Part shown: positions 49,201 through 58,347 of the stretch, one piece after another
Layout: every line of letters starts with the position of its first letter
Numbering within the stretch: the stretch's first letter is position 1
Sequence record: KJ019152.1
Reading direction: 5' to 3' (one strand)
Length of the DNA stretch: 64,000 nucleotides
Notes under the pieces: model-generated
What the model was told of the DNA's origin: nothing
Database searches by the model: none
The model's input: the letters and a program-made list of their open reading frames with translations, nothing else
Translations under genes and position numbers: made by a program

Positions 49201-52132
49201 AATTGGTACTATTCCAAACTTGGTAAGTACTACTGCGACCATCACAACTCTAAATGTTGAGAACCTTGTCAGTAGTGGTAGCACTAGTGGCGGTGGCGGA
49301 ACTGGTATCGGTTCTACCGCTATCAATTCACCTAACCTTAATATTTCTGGTCAGGCAAACTTCAACAACGTCAACGTTTCTGGTGTTGCCACGGTTCCTG
49401 ATCTAACTGTAACCAACTCCTTTACTAATACTGGTTATTCAACCATCACTGGTGACGCCGAAGTTGGTGGAAATCTATGGTTGAAGGGTGACCTCAATGT
49501 TATCGGTTCCCAGAATGTTAGCGAGTTCTTCGCTACCAATATGGAGATCTCTGGTATCGCTACCTTCGGTACCGTAAAGGTCAACAGTAATGTCCATTGT
49601 GACGATACTGTATTTGTTGGCGGTGCTGTAACAATCACTGGTCCAATCACAGCAGTGGATATCCTTGCCACTGGTATTGGAACCATTCCTGTAGCAGATG
49701 TTGGACATGCCGATGTTGATTCTATCAATGTCACTGGTATCTCTACTATCTCTCAGGTTGATATCGGTAAGATTACCGTAGGTGACTTCACTGTAACTGG
49801 ATTTGCAACTGTCACTGACGGACTTGAAGTTATCGGTCCTGTCTCATTTGGTGGTTCTATCACACAACTACCTCTACCAACTGGTCAAGGTGGTGTTTGG
49901 TTTGACAACTCTGTTGTGGGTGTCGGCACACTACTCGCCACTAATGCATCAATTAGCGGACTCCTCGGAGTTGGTAATTCATTGGGTGTTGCTGGTGATG
50001 CCTACATCGATGGAAACATCATTGGTTCTGGTGGTACTATCTCTAATTACAACGAGATTATTACACCTCTCCTAACCGCAACTGATATCGATGCAGCTAC
50101 ACTCGATGTTAGTGGTAACGTAACCATTGATGGAAACGTAGACCTTGGTGACACATCTGCCGACTTCGTTAGAATCAACGGTAGAGTAAGTACTTCCTTT
50201 ATTCCTTCTACTGATAGTGCAACTGACTTAGGTAGCAATGGTCTCAGGTGGAAAGAACTCTTCGTTGATAAACTCACCCTCACAGATGATGCTGCTATTG
50301 GTGGTGATCTATCTGTTGGTGGTAGTGTATCTGCCGATTATGTAGATACTACTGAACTCAATGTCAGTGGTGTTGCAACCTTCGCTCAGATTTCAATTGG
50401 TGGTGGCGGCGGTGGTATTAGTACCAACGGCGTTATTATTAACAATGTTACTGTTACTGACCAGAGTACTCTTAACAACCTCATTGTTTCTGGTGTATCA
50501 ACCTTCGTTGGTGTTTCTACCTTCAAGGGTGATGTCTATATCGATGGTAACCTAATCATTGATGGTGATAACAGTCAGGATCTAATCAGTGGTACTAACC
50601 TACTCGTCAGTGGTATTGCTACCATCGGCACACTAGGTGTAACTACAAACTTAACTGTTGGTGGTGATGTACTTGTCAGTGGTGCTATGACCGCTGGTTC
50701 ATACAATGGTGATGGTTCTCAGTTAGATAATCTACCTGCAGCATCAATCACAACCTCCATAACACCTACAACTAGGGTGAATGGTGATACACTACAGACT
50801 GGTGATCTATGGTATGACTCTTCTGAGTTACGCCAGTATACTTACTATGATGATGGTGGATCCGTTCAGTGGGTACCTTCAGCCCCAGAACCTACTATTC
50901 CTGATTTTACCTACGCAGGTAACACAGGTATTGGTACTCTATCCTTAGGGGATGATACTTTCTCTGTTGTTGGTGATGGTACAAACGTAGTCACTACTGC
51001 AAGTGGTGTAACTACTACCGTAACCATTTCACTATCCGATAGTGTGGCAATCGCCGGTTCTATGACCGCTGGTAGCTTCCTTGGTGAGAACCTCAATGTT
51101 TCTGGTGTATCAACCTTCGTTGGCGTTACAACCTTCAGAGGTGATGTCTTCATCGAAGGTAACCTAATCATTGATGGTGATGAGAGTCAGGATCTAGTCA
51201 GTGGTACTAACCTAATTATTACTGGTATTGCTACCATTGGTACATTAGGAGTAACTACTACTACTACCAATACTCTCACCGTACTCGATACCTTCACTCT
51301 AGATAACCCAGTCAATTCTATCGGAATTAGTTCTGATCTAGGTGGTGCCGGTGCTGCTCACACAGCTCTTGCTTCCCAGTTAGCAATCAAACAATACATT
51401 GATGCTAATAACTCAGATCAAAACCTAAACTTCACTGGTGATACTGGTTCTGGCTCGATTGGTCTTGGTACTGAATTCCTAGAGGTTCGTGGTACAGCAC
51501 AACAGGTTACAACCATTGGTGTTGGTAACAGTGTTGTTATTGGACTACCTAACACAGTAAGAGTACCACAGAGACTATATGTTGGTGGTGGTGCCTTTAC
51601 TCAGGTTATGGATGCCAACTCCGCTTCTGGTGTGGTATTTGCCAATAAGATTGTTACGATCAACAAAGGTCTAACCCTCAGTAGTAGTGACCTAACCGGA
51701 GTTCGTAACCTAGTTCAGACTGGTATTGCAACTCTTGGTACAGTTAACTTCTCTGGTGTAACAACCACTGTAGGTAACGCATTCGTTGGTAATGACTTAA
51801 GTGTCTTAGGCACAGTCAACGCTAATGACTTTAACTCTACTTCTGACGCTACTAGAAAAGAAGACGTAGTTGAGATTGAAGATGCACTCGCTAAGGTCCT
51901 AGACCTACGTGGTGTAACATTCAACTGGAAGAATGGTGAAGGATCATCTGCTGGTGTTCTTGCACAAGAAGTTCAGATGGTTCTACCTGAGATTGTTAAG
52001 GGTGATGTAGGCAATATGTCCGTTCAGTATAACGGTATTATAGCACTTCTCGTCCAAGCAGTCAAGGAACTCTCTTCTGAAGTTGAAGAACTCAAGAGAA
52101 CCAAGAGTGACAAGAGAAGGAAGAAATCCTGA
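46262..52132 (+). CDS. fibre protein with beta-helix, LamG/ConA-like domain and S74 chaperone (1956 aa)
   Basis: FFVSKNGDDSSDG; FGFGTGDFTAEFW...WYHIAV...DELRI; SDATRKEDV...LAQEV...LVQAVKEL. Confidence 0.82.
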   Translation: MAYLLSNGGVIINDSREIVNAGVVTATAFFGDGSGLSGIATISDGGISIGDANITGNLNVSGISTVEFLNASDINVGGALTVTGDLSVGGDLSFDEVSGRNLNITGISTLGTVKISNGIVTATSGVVTYYGDGSNLTGIDITDSDVRLRNLSVTGVSTFTGDVSFGANASLVGDLTSGRNANLSGIATVNDIYIDNLLYDSNNNVGAAGSILVTAGGKLQWLPPDQAGIATVFQPGNTFFVSKNGDDSSDGLSMEKSFATISYALSQISSGTNNVLLITAGDYEEVFPLSVPDGLTVKGVGQRAVLVRPTSATETNDGFQLGNASTVEDLTIGQMFKPQGASNNNYAFTYRSGATISSRGPYVSRVTVLNKGSVTSTSDPFGYGSADAYPTTAPGGAGVLADGSVLNSASLEASFLLNEVTTFTAGNIGIDMVNGARVEWLNGFSYFASEGVKGRADQSTGLYGAGKTRLRVENASGGLVNGNTIELYDIDGTTSLASGTIDGTSGAYTTLTTGGTGTFAIAGSRKAKAASFVDTASLSTTQAKFGNASLDVTGQSTDCINVDPSSDFGFGTGDFTAEFWLYRTSATAGATILDMRDAADTDSALSIRENTSDVIEVLVGNSVVLTSSTSAIGNAAWYHIAVARLGSTMELFINGAQEASASNSSDLGLSQSLTFGADYANANGTIAFLDELRIEKGAAKYTNPFTPSTVPLEGDRGTAILLHFDGSNGATEAPDDIQIFQDIRISGGNTADRLSLADYSQFGAELRSSGCAVEYGNKGVVGDGAGVALRLIGINFSFVGALGDLTNDPNLAVQANEVTETNNAEVSFTSIDQGGDFRVGESFYVNQETGDVSFNNTTTDLTSLSSLTITDGTNNSLITPTSGRFGNVQISGQQVASVSGDLDLVTAGGGEVNIYGNTNVVGILTAQVVEINAIQKGDTSIALDDTGTDGTIRFNTDGSEAGRFTKDNDLAVTHNFRVGGIGTIPNLVSTTATITTLNVENLVSSGSTSGGGGTGIGSTAINSPNLNISGQANFNNVNVSGVATVPDLTVTNSFTNTGYSTITGDAEVGGNLWLKGDLNVIGSQNVSEFFATNMEISGIATFGTVKVNSNVHCDDTVFVGGAVTITGPITAVDILATGIGTIPVADVGHADVDSINVTGISTISQVDIGKITVGDFTVTGFATVTDGLEVIGPVSFGGSITQLPLPTGQGGVWFDNSVVGVGTLLATNASISGLLGVGNSLGVAGDAYIDGNIIGSGGTISNYNEIITPLLTATDIDAATLDVSGNVTIDGNVDLGDTSADFVRINGRVSTSFIPSTDSATDLGSNGLRWKELFVDKLTLTDDAAIGGDLSVGGSVSADYVDTTELNVSGVATFAQISIGGGGGGISTNGVIINNVTVTDQSTLNNLIVSGVSTFVGVSTFKGDVYIDGNLIIDGDNSQDLISGTNLLVSGIATIGTLGVTTNLTVGGDVLVSGAMTAGSYNGDGSQLDNLPAASITTSITPTTRVNGDTLQTGDLWYDSSELRQYTYYDDGGSVQWVPSAPEPTIPDFTYAGNTGIGTLSLGDDTFSVVGDGTNVVTTASGVTTTVTISLSDSVAIAGSMTAGSFLGENLNVSGVSTFVGVTTFRGDVFIEGNLIIDGDESQDLVSGTNLIITGIATIGTLGVTTTTTNTLTVLDTFTLDNPVNSIGISSDLGGAGAAHTALASQLAIKQYIDANNSDQNLNFTGDTGSGSIGLGTEFLEVRGTAQQVTTIGVGNSVVIGLPNTVRVPQRLYVGGGAFTQVMDANSASGVVFANKIVTINKGLTLSSSDLTGVRNLVQTGIATLGTVNFSGVTTTVGNAFVGNDLSVLGTVNANDFNSTSDATRKEDVVEIEDALAKVLDLRGVTFNWKNGEGSSAGVLAQEVQMVLPEIVKGDVGNMSVQYNGIIALLVQAVKELSSEVEELKRTKSDKRRKKS

Positions 52133-52136
52133 TAAC

Positions 52137-52186
52137 TTGCCATACTCCTTCTGATCCTGTATAATACCTTTGTGGAGGATCAGAAG
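52137..52186 (+). promoter_or_regulatory. sigma70-type promoter embedded in an 11-bp inverted repeat
   Basis: TTGCCA-17-TATAAT; CTTCTGATCCT(52148) and AGGATCAGAAG(52176) are reverse complements. Confidence 0.7.
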
Positions 52187-52200
52187 TTGGCTCTAAGCTT

Positions 52201-52224
52201 AGACCCCTTATGGGGTCTTTTTTT
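52201..52224 (+). terminator. intrinsic terminator
   Basis: AGACCCC-ttat-GGGGTCT followed by a T-run. Confidence 0.85.
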
Positions 52225-52263
52225 ATGCCATAATAAATAGAAGTGATAACTCCATGAAGACAC

Positions 52264-52632
52264 ATGTCTCTTTCAATTACTACTGCCACTACTACACATG
52301 ATGGTGTAGTTACTGATGTACAATGGGCTTATACTACATCTGAAGGTATTATCTCAGGTGGTCACACAATGCAAGGAACACCTGGTAGTGTTACATTAGA
52401 AAATGTTAATGAATCTGTTATATCTGGTTGGTTAGAAGAACAGATGGATACCTCACACTTTGATAGACTTTGTTCTGAAAGAGGTTTTCCAACAGAAGAG
52501 GAAGAAGAAGACAGAACCTTCAACTTCTCAGAAACAGGTACAATGGAAGAAGTAGTTGCACCTGAGCCTGAGCCTGAACCTGAAGATAATGTTGGTATTG
52601 CAACCGATGGTTCATCTGGTATTTCAACTTAG
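52264..52632 (+). CDS. acidic small protein, possibly a fibre assembly factor
   Basis: ATAAATA upstream; VTDVQWAY...VISGWLEEQ. Confidence 0.55.
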   Translation: MSLSITTATTTHDGVVTDVQWAYTTSEGIISGGHTMQGTPGSVTLENVNESVISGWLEEQMDTSHFDRLCSERGFPTEEEEEDRTFNFSETGTMEEVVAPEPEPEPEDNVGIATDGSSGIST

Positions 52633-52668
52633 AAACTTTTAATCTTCCAAAAGAACAAAATTATTCTA

Positions 52669-53343
52669 ATGTCTCAAATCAATTTCCCAAATATCCCATC
52701 AGATGGTGATGAGTTTTTGGCACCCAATGGTACAACTTACCAATATGATTCCGACACAGGTCAGTGGAAGATTCTATTAGGTCCTGGTGCCGATGGTCCC
52801 AAGGGTCCTATAGGTCCTGAAGGTGCTACTGGATCCACAGGTCCCGATGGTCCTACTGGTGCTACTGGAACGGATGCTACAAGAATAACTGGTGAGATTA
52901 TTGCATTTGGTGGAACTACTGTTCCATCTGGTTGGCTTGAATGTAATGGTCAAGCTGCTCCTAGTGCTCTTGCTGCTGTATTAGGTATATCTAATGTACC
53001 AGACTTACGTGGTGAGTTTATAAGAGGATTTGATAACGGTAGAGGTGTTGATAGTGGCCGTGCCATTCTCACCGCTCAGGGTGATGAATTTGAGAGTCAC
53101 ACACACATTCAAAATTCCCATAACCATACACAAAATCCACACACTCACCAAGCAAATTACACACCCTTAACCTATGTGGCGGGGCAACCACAAGCAAATG
53201 GATTGGTTACCGCGGTAACAGCTCTAACAAACATTTCCACAAACACAGCAACTAATATTGCAAACACAGCAACCAACCAAAGCACAGGTGGTACTGAAAC
53301 CCGTCCACGCAACATATCTCTGATGTACATCATTAAAACCTAA
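52669..53343 (+). CDS. collagen-like plus tail collar domain protein
   Basis: GXY run; GEIIAFGG...GWLECNG...PDLRGEFIRGFDNGRGVD...ETRPRNISLMYIIK. Confidence 0.85.
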   Translation: MSQINFPNIPSDGDEFLAPNGTTYQYDSDTGQWKILLGPGADGPKGPIGPEGATGSTGPDGPTGATGTDATRITGEIIAFGGTTVPSGWLECNGQAAPSALAAVLGISNVPDLRGEFIRGFDNGRGVDSGRAILTAQGDEFESHTHIQNSHNHTQNPHTHQANYTPLTYVAGQPQANGLVTAVTALTNISTNTATNIANTATNQSTGGTETRPRNISLMYIIKT

Positions 53344-53347
53344 ACCC

Positions 53348-53995
53348 ATGTCTCAAATTAATTTCCCAAATAGCCCATCCGATGGTGAAGAGTTTCTAGC
53401 ATCTAATGGAACTACGTATCGATACGATAGTTCTACGGGTCAGTGGAAGATTCTATCAGGTCCTGGTGTTCAGGGACCCGCTGGTAATACAGGTCCTACT
53501 GGATCTATTATTATGTGGGGAACTTCAACACTACCAGAGGGATATATCGAATGTAATGGTCAATCTACTTCTGGATATACAGCTTTAGCTGCGTTATATG
53601 GTTCCAATGTCCCAGATCTTCGTGGTGAGTTTGTAAGGGGTTGGGATAACGGTAAGGGTACTGATAGTGGTCGGGCTCTATTGGGTAGTCAAGGCGAATC
53701 GTTTAAAAGCCACACACACACTCAGAATTCACACAATCACAGTCAGAATTCACACAATCACACACAGAATCCCCACAAACACACGCAACAACTGGGTGGA
53801 ACTATTTCATCTGACCTTTTGCAATCCGGGAGCTATCGGATTGGTAACGCAAATTCTGCATCAGTTAGTAATACCACAGCAACCAATAAATCTACTACAG
53901 CAACCAATAATGCAGCCACAGCAACCAACCAAAGCACAGGTGATACTGAAACCCGTCCACGCAACATATCTTTGATGTATATTATTAAGACCTAG
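53348..53995 (+). CDS. tail collar domain protein (paralogue)
   Basis: Same MSQINFP N-module; PDLRGEFVRGWDNG; ETRPRNISLMYIIK. Confidence 0.85.
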   Translation: MSQINFPNSPSDGEEFLASNGTTYRYDSSTGQWKILSGPGVQGPAGNTGPTGSIIMWGTSTLPEGYIECNGQSTSGYTALAALYGSNVPDLRGEFVRGWDNGKGTDSGRALLGSQGESFKSHTHTQNSHNHSQNSHNHTQNPHKHTQQLGGTISSDLLQSGSYRIGNANSASVSNTTATNKSTTATNNAATATNQSTGDTETRPRNISLMYIIKT

Positions 53996-54031
53996 TGTGA
54001 TATAATAAATACACTGTAAGAATACTATATT

Positions 54032-54265
54032 ATGTACACCCTATACTCCAAACTAAACTGTTCTCATTGTAAAGCAATTGAGAATGTATTTGATCTAAAG
54101 AACATCCCATACACCAAGAAAACACTAGGTCTAGACTTCACTAAGGTGGAGTTTATGGAACAATTTGGTAGAACTACTTTCCCCAGAGTAGTCAGTAATG
54201 AAGGAGTGGTATTGGGTGGTGCTAGTGAAACTGTTAAAATCCTAAAAGAACAAGGTATCCTTTAA
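54032..54265 (+). CDS. glutaredoxin
   Basis: LYSKLNCSHC (CxxC); RTTFPRV cis-Pro motif; GG. Confidence 0.85.
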   Translation: MYTLYSKLNCSHCKAIENVFDLKNIPYTKKTLGLDFTKVEFMEQFGRTTFPRVVSNEGVVLGGASETVKILKEQGIL

Positions 54266-54477
54266 TGTCTCAAATTAATTTTCCAAGTTCACCAGATAAT
54301 GGTGATGAGTTTTTAGCCGGTAATGGCACAACATATCAATATGACAGTGCAACAGGTCAGTGGAAGATTCTATCAGGTCCTGGATCTCAAGGTCCTATAG
54401 GTCCTGCAGGTCCTCTTGGATCTACAGGTGCTACTGGACCTACCATTGATATTGGTGCCCTACCAGAACTTAGTTGA
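54265..54477 (+). CDS. short collagen protein with the MSQINFP module, no collar domain
   Basis: 70 aa; third copy of the N-module followed by a GXY run. Confidence 0.7.
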   Translation: MSQINFPSSPDNGDEFLAGNGTTYQYDSATGQWKILSGPGSQGPIGPAGPLGSTGATGPTIDIGALPELS

Positions 54478-54511
54478 TATGTTATAATGTATCATAGTAA
54501 CTCTATGATAT

Positions 54512-55270
54512 ATGGCTGCCCCTGTTGTTAAGATTTTGACTCCTGCATATATGGGTCAAGTGACCACACAATATATGCATAGTCTTATTGAATTTATACC
54601 ATATGCTATGAGTAATGGTATAAATGTAACCTTTGAGACAATGCCCAACTGTTCTCTCATCAGTTTGGGTAGGAATGTGATGCAGTCTAGAGCACTCAGA
54701 GATCCCACATGGACTCATCTAATGTGGATTGATTCTGATATTAGATTTCCAAAGGAAGCTATTATCAGTATGTTATTTGATGATAAACCTATTATGGGTG
54801 GTTTCTATCCAAAGAAGTCACTACCCATTGACATGGCAAGTTCTCCCATGCCTGGTGGTGAAGAAACTGAGCAACTATTTGAAACTGATTATGTTGCCAC
54901 TGGTTTCATGTTAATTAAACGTGAAGTCATTGAGAAGATGCAAGATTCATACCCCGAACGTAAGTTTTTCTATCAGGGTAGTGACGAATATTATGATTTA
55001 TATGCACCTTACATCGATGAAGATTCACCTAATAGATTATTTCTCACTGAAGACTACGCCTTCTGTCGTCTAGCACGTAAGATAGGTTATAAGTCATACA
55101 TGTCCAAGAGATTTACTCTAGGTCATATTGGTGTCTATGAGTTTAATTGGAATACAGAAAAGAATCTATCACAAGCATATATTCAGAAGTATGCACAACC
55201 AAAACAAAAACTAGAAAAGGTTGAAGGTGATAGTGAAGATTACAATAAACTAGATGATCTTCCACAATAA
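54512..55270 (+). CDS. GT-A fold glycosyltransferase-like protein
   Basis: ILTPAY, RNVM, THLMWIDSDI, ATGFMLIKREV, TEDYAFC. Confidence 0.7.
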   Translation: MAAPVVKILTPAYMGQVTTQYMHSLIEFIPYAMSNGINVTFETMPNCSLISLGRNVMQSRALRDPTWTHLMWIDSDIRFPKEAIISMLFDDKPIMGGFYPKKSLPIDMASSPMPGGEETEQLFETDYVATGFMLIKREVIEKMQDSYPERKFFYQGSDEYYDLYAPYIDEDSPNRLFLTEDYAFCRLARKIGYKSYMSKRFTLGHIGVYEFNWNTEKNLSQAYIQKYAQPKQKLEKVEGDSEDYNKLDDLPQ

Positions 55271-55298
55271 ATACTAACACTAGAACTACCACAAACAA

Positions 55299-56453
55299 AT
55301 GTCTATAAGAACTGCTTATTACTTAATGCAAAGAAGTGGCGTTAATTATAAGGTTTCGGGATTAGATCTTATAAACAGAGACACTTCTATACTTAATGCT
55401 GGTGATGTATTTTTGGTTGAAAGGAGTGGAACTGCATACAAATTTACAGTATCACTTGATGCAGGAGGGGATGTAGATACATCTAGCATTCAAGATGATG
55501 ATCTGTTTGTTTGTTTTATTGATGGATCTGAAAAGAAAATTAATGGATTAGAGTTTAGTGCTCTAGTTAGTCCGAACGTATGGGAAACCAAAGACAGTTG
55601 GACTCATATTATTACAGATATAGAATACGAATGGCAAAGCGTATATGGTTATGATCATGATGGTGTCTATCGATTAGATGGAACATTAATAGCTGCTGCT
55701 GCTTCCAGCACCGAGCTCACGACTGAATCAGAATTTGTGATCACTGGTAATAGTTCTACTGTGAGTGCAGGCGGCATTGATGTTAGAGTAGCGTGGCTTA
55801 GTAACATAGGCACAAGAACAGACTTAAGTCGTGCGTTCGAAGATCTACCCGATCTGACTTTATTTGATGGGTATTGGGATACGACCAACGTTACAAACAT
55901 GGCACAGATGTTCTACAACGTTGGACCTTTTACAGCTGACGTTAGTAGTTGGAATACATCTAATGTGACTAATATGTCGGATATGTTCTATCGCTCGGGT
56001 TGGGGTGATTACACCTTCAATGTTACAGGGCTTTCTTCCTGGGATACAACGAATGTCACATGTATGTCGTTTATGTTTGAAGGCATTGATCTAACTGAAG
56101 ATATTACTGGTTGGGATGTTTCTAATGTAACTAATATGGCGGGTATGTTCGAGTTCGGTATCTTCAACCAAAACATTGGTGGTTGGGATGTTTCTAATGT
56201 AACTAATATGAGTTATATGTTCCACGAGAGTAACACCTTCAATCAAAACATTGGTGGTTGGGATGTTGCTAATGTAACTAATATGGATGCTATGTTCTAT
56301 TACTATAGTGGTGGACAATTTGCTGGACAATTCAACCAAAACCTAAGTGGATGGTGTGTAACTAACATTGGATCTAAACCTAATGACTTCGATACTAATT
56401 CTGGTTTCGCAGGTCAGACCGCCCTACAACCACAGTGGGGTACTTGCCCATAA
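55299..56453 (+). CDS. DUF285/BspA-like repeat protein
   Basis: About six WDxSNVTNMxxMF repeats and FNQNIGGW; 72-75-nt DNA periodicity at 56109-56297. Confidence 0.85.
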   Translation: MSIRTAYYLMQRSGVNYKVSGLDLINRDTSILNAGDVFLVERSGTAYKFTVSLDAGGDVDTSSIQDDDLFVCFIDGSEKKINGLEFSALVSPNVWETKDSWTHIITDIEYEWQSVYGYDHDGVYRLDGTLIAAAASSTELTTESEFVITGNSSTVSAGGIDVRVAWLSNIGTRTDLSRAFEDLPDLTLFDGYWDTTNVTNMAQMFYNVGPFTADVSSWNTSNVTNMSDMFYRSGWGDYTFNVTGLSSWDTTNVTCMSFMFEGIDLTEDITGWDVSNVTNMAGMFEFGIFNQNIGGWDVSNVTNMSYMFHESNTFNQNIGGWDVANVTNMDAMFYYYSGGQFAGQFNQNLSGWCVTNIGSKPNDFDTNSGFAGQTALQPQWGTCP

Positions 56454-57070
56454 TGAGTAAGGTTGATATTGTTATTCCTTGTCATGAGTTATATGAAATT
56501 CTTGGAGAATGTATTGAATCAGTTTTAGAAACCAAATCTCACAATCCAAATACCTTCGGTCAAGTTATTCTAGTTGATGATGACTCTTCATCAGAGGGAA
56601 CACTAGAAGAATACTTCAGTGACAAATATCCTGATGTTAAATACGTCAGGAATCCAAAGAGGATGTATTTTAGTGGAACTGTTAATCATGGTTCTGACTA
56701 TGTTACATCCAAATACTTTATGATGCTAAATTCTGATACTCTAATTGAAACTCCAAATTGGTTGGAGGTTATGGTAGAGGAATATAACTCTGATGATAAG
56801 ATTAAGATTATTAGTGCAAACTTTAATGATCGCAAACCATACTTTTCTGGAGGACCATTTGTGTGTGGTGTTTGCCTTATGATGGAGATTGATTTGTTCA
56901 GACAAATAGGAAAGTTAAAATCTGATGGTAAATTCATTCACTGGCATAGTGATAAGAAATTACAGAATGATGTACGTCGTATGGGATATTTGAATGCTTT
57001 ATCCACTGCTAAGATAAAACATTTGGGAGGCAGATCCCGCGGATATATTCCTACTGAATTGGAAAGATGA
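56453..57070 (+). CDS. GT2-family glycosyltransferase
   Basis: DIVIPCH, ILVDDDS, MMLNSDT. Confidence 0.8.
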   Translation: MSKVDIVIPCHELYEILGECIESVLETKSHNPNTFGQVILVDDDSSSEGTLEEYFSDKYPDVKYVRNPKRMYFSGTVNHGSDYVTSKYFMMLNSDTLIETPNWLEVMVEEYNSDDKIKIISANFNDRKPYFSGGPFVCGVCLMMEIDLFRQIGKLKSDGKFIHWHSDKKLQNDVRRMGYLNALSTAKIKHLGGRSRGYIPTELER

Positions 57071-58059
57071 AAAGAGTTCTTGTGACAGGTGGTGCTGGTT
57101 TCATCGCTCACCATCTAATCTTAATGATATTAGAAACTACAGACTGGGAGATTATTAGTTTAGATAGATTAGACTTCAGTGGTAATTTGAATAGGTTATA
57201 TGATATTCTATTAGAATCTCCTCATAAGTCTAGAGTTAAGATAGTATATCATGACCTAAAGGCACCTATCAATCCATTGGTGGCATCAGATATTGGAAAG
57301 GTAGATTATATTCTACACCTTGCTGCTGGATCACATGTTGATCGTAGTATTGAGTATCCTTTAGAGTTTGTTATGGATAATGTTGTGGGAACCTGCAACA
57401 TATTAGACTTTGCTAGAACACAGGATCTGATTCGGTTTATCTACTTTGGAACTGATGAAGTGTTCGGTCCCGCTCCTACCGGTGTAAGTTATAAGGAGAA
57501 TGATAGATACAACTCAACCAATCCATATAGTGCCAGTAAGGCAGGTGGTGAGGAACTAGCAGTATCATTTCAAAATACCTATGGTGTTCCAGTGTATATC
57601 ACACACACTATGAATGTATTTGGACAGAGACAACACCCAGAGAAGTTCATACCTATGTGTATTAAACGCATCAGGGACGGTCAAGTTGTAACTATTCATA
57701 GTGATGAGACTAAAACCATACCAGGATCTAGACACTACATTCATGCGGAGGATGTATCTGATGCTATTATGTTCCTCCTATCCTATGAGAGTGATGAGAA
57801 GTGTCCCAAGTTTAATATTGTAGGAACAGAAGAGTTGAATAACTTACAACTAGCACAGATCATTGCTGAAATTCAAGGAAAGGAATTAAACTATGAGATG
57901 GTTGATTTCCACACATCAAGACCGGGACATGATCTTCGATACTCATTGTGTGGGGAGAAAATGAAGTCATTGGGTTGGGAACCAAAGAATATAAGAGATA
58001 GGATTGAAGAAGTTGTTGATTGGACACTTGATAATGAACGTTGGATTAGTGTGTTATAA
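57067..58059 (+). CDS. dTDP-glucose 4,6-dehydratase-like SDR
   Basis: VTGGAGFIAHH, AAGSHVDRSI, GTDEVFG, PYSASK, QHPEKFIP, RPGHDLRYSL. Confidence 0.88.
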   Translation: MKRVLVTGGAGFIAHHLILMILETTDWEIISLDRLDFSGNLNRLYDILLESPHKSRVKIVYHDLKAPINPLVASDIGKVDYILHLAAGSHVDRSIEYPLEFVMDNVVGTCNILDFARTQDLIRFIYFGTDEVFGPAPTGVSYKENDRYNSTNPYSASKAGGEELAVSFQNTYGVPVYITHTMNVFGQRQHPEKFIPMCIKRIRDGQVVTIHSDETKTIPGSRHYIHAEDVSDAIMFLLSYESDEKCPKFNIVGTEELNNLQLAQIIAEIQGKELNYEMVDFHTSRPGHDLRYSLCGEKMKSLGWEPKNIRDRIEEVVDWTLDNERWISVL

Positions 58060-58105
58060 TAATGAGGTTAGGGGTATAAATAACTAAAAATAGGAGGCTA
58101 TTAAG

Positions 58106-58336
58106 ATGCTTACCGTATCAATTGTGTTTGGGGTTATCCTACTCCAAATGTTCCTCCTCCTAGGTGGTGTTATCGGGTACCTAGCTTATGGGTACCTATC
58201 AATACAAGCCTCCCAGCTACCCAATCATCCTGAATTCTACGATGAAGAAGGAAACGTACTACCAGATGAAATTCTTGCTATTCGTTTTGAGCATAGCTAT
58301 GGTCAGGATGGAGAGTGGATTGGTGAAGAGGATTAA
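58106..58336 (+). CDS. DUF2973-like small membrane protein
   Basis: TM helix then HPEFYDEEGNVLPDEILAIRF. Confidence 0.65.
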   Translation: MLTVSIVFGVILLQMFLLLGGVIGYLAYGYLSIQASQLPNHPEFYDEEGNVLPDEILAIRFEHSYGQDGEWIGEED

Positions 58337-58347
58337 ACTATTACTTT

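Noticed and set aside
38584-51924. Numerous minus-strand ORFs of 60-210 aa
   Set aside because: Shadows of low-complexity plus-strand fibre genes; no motifs, Shine-Dalgarno sites or promoters.
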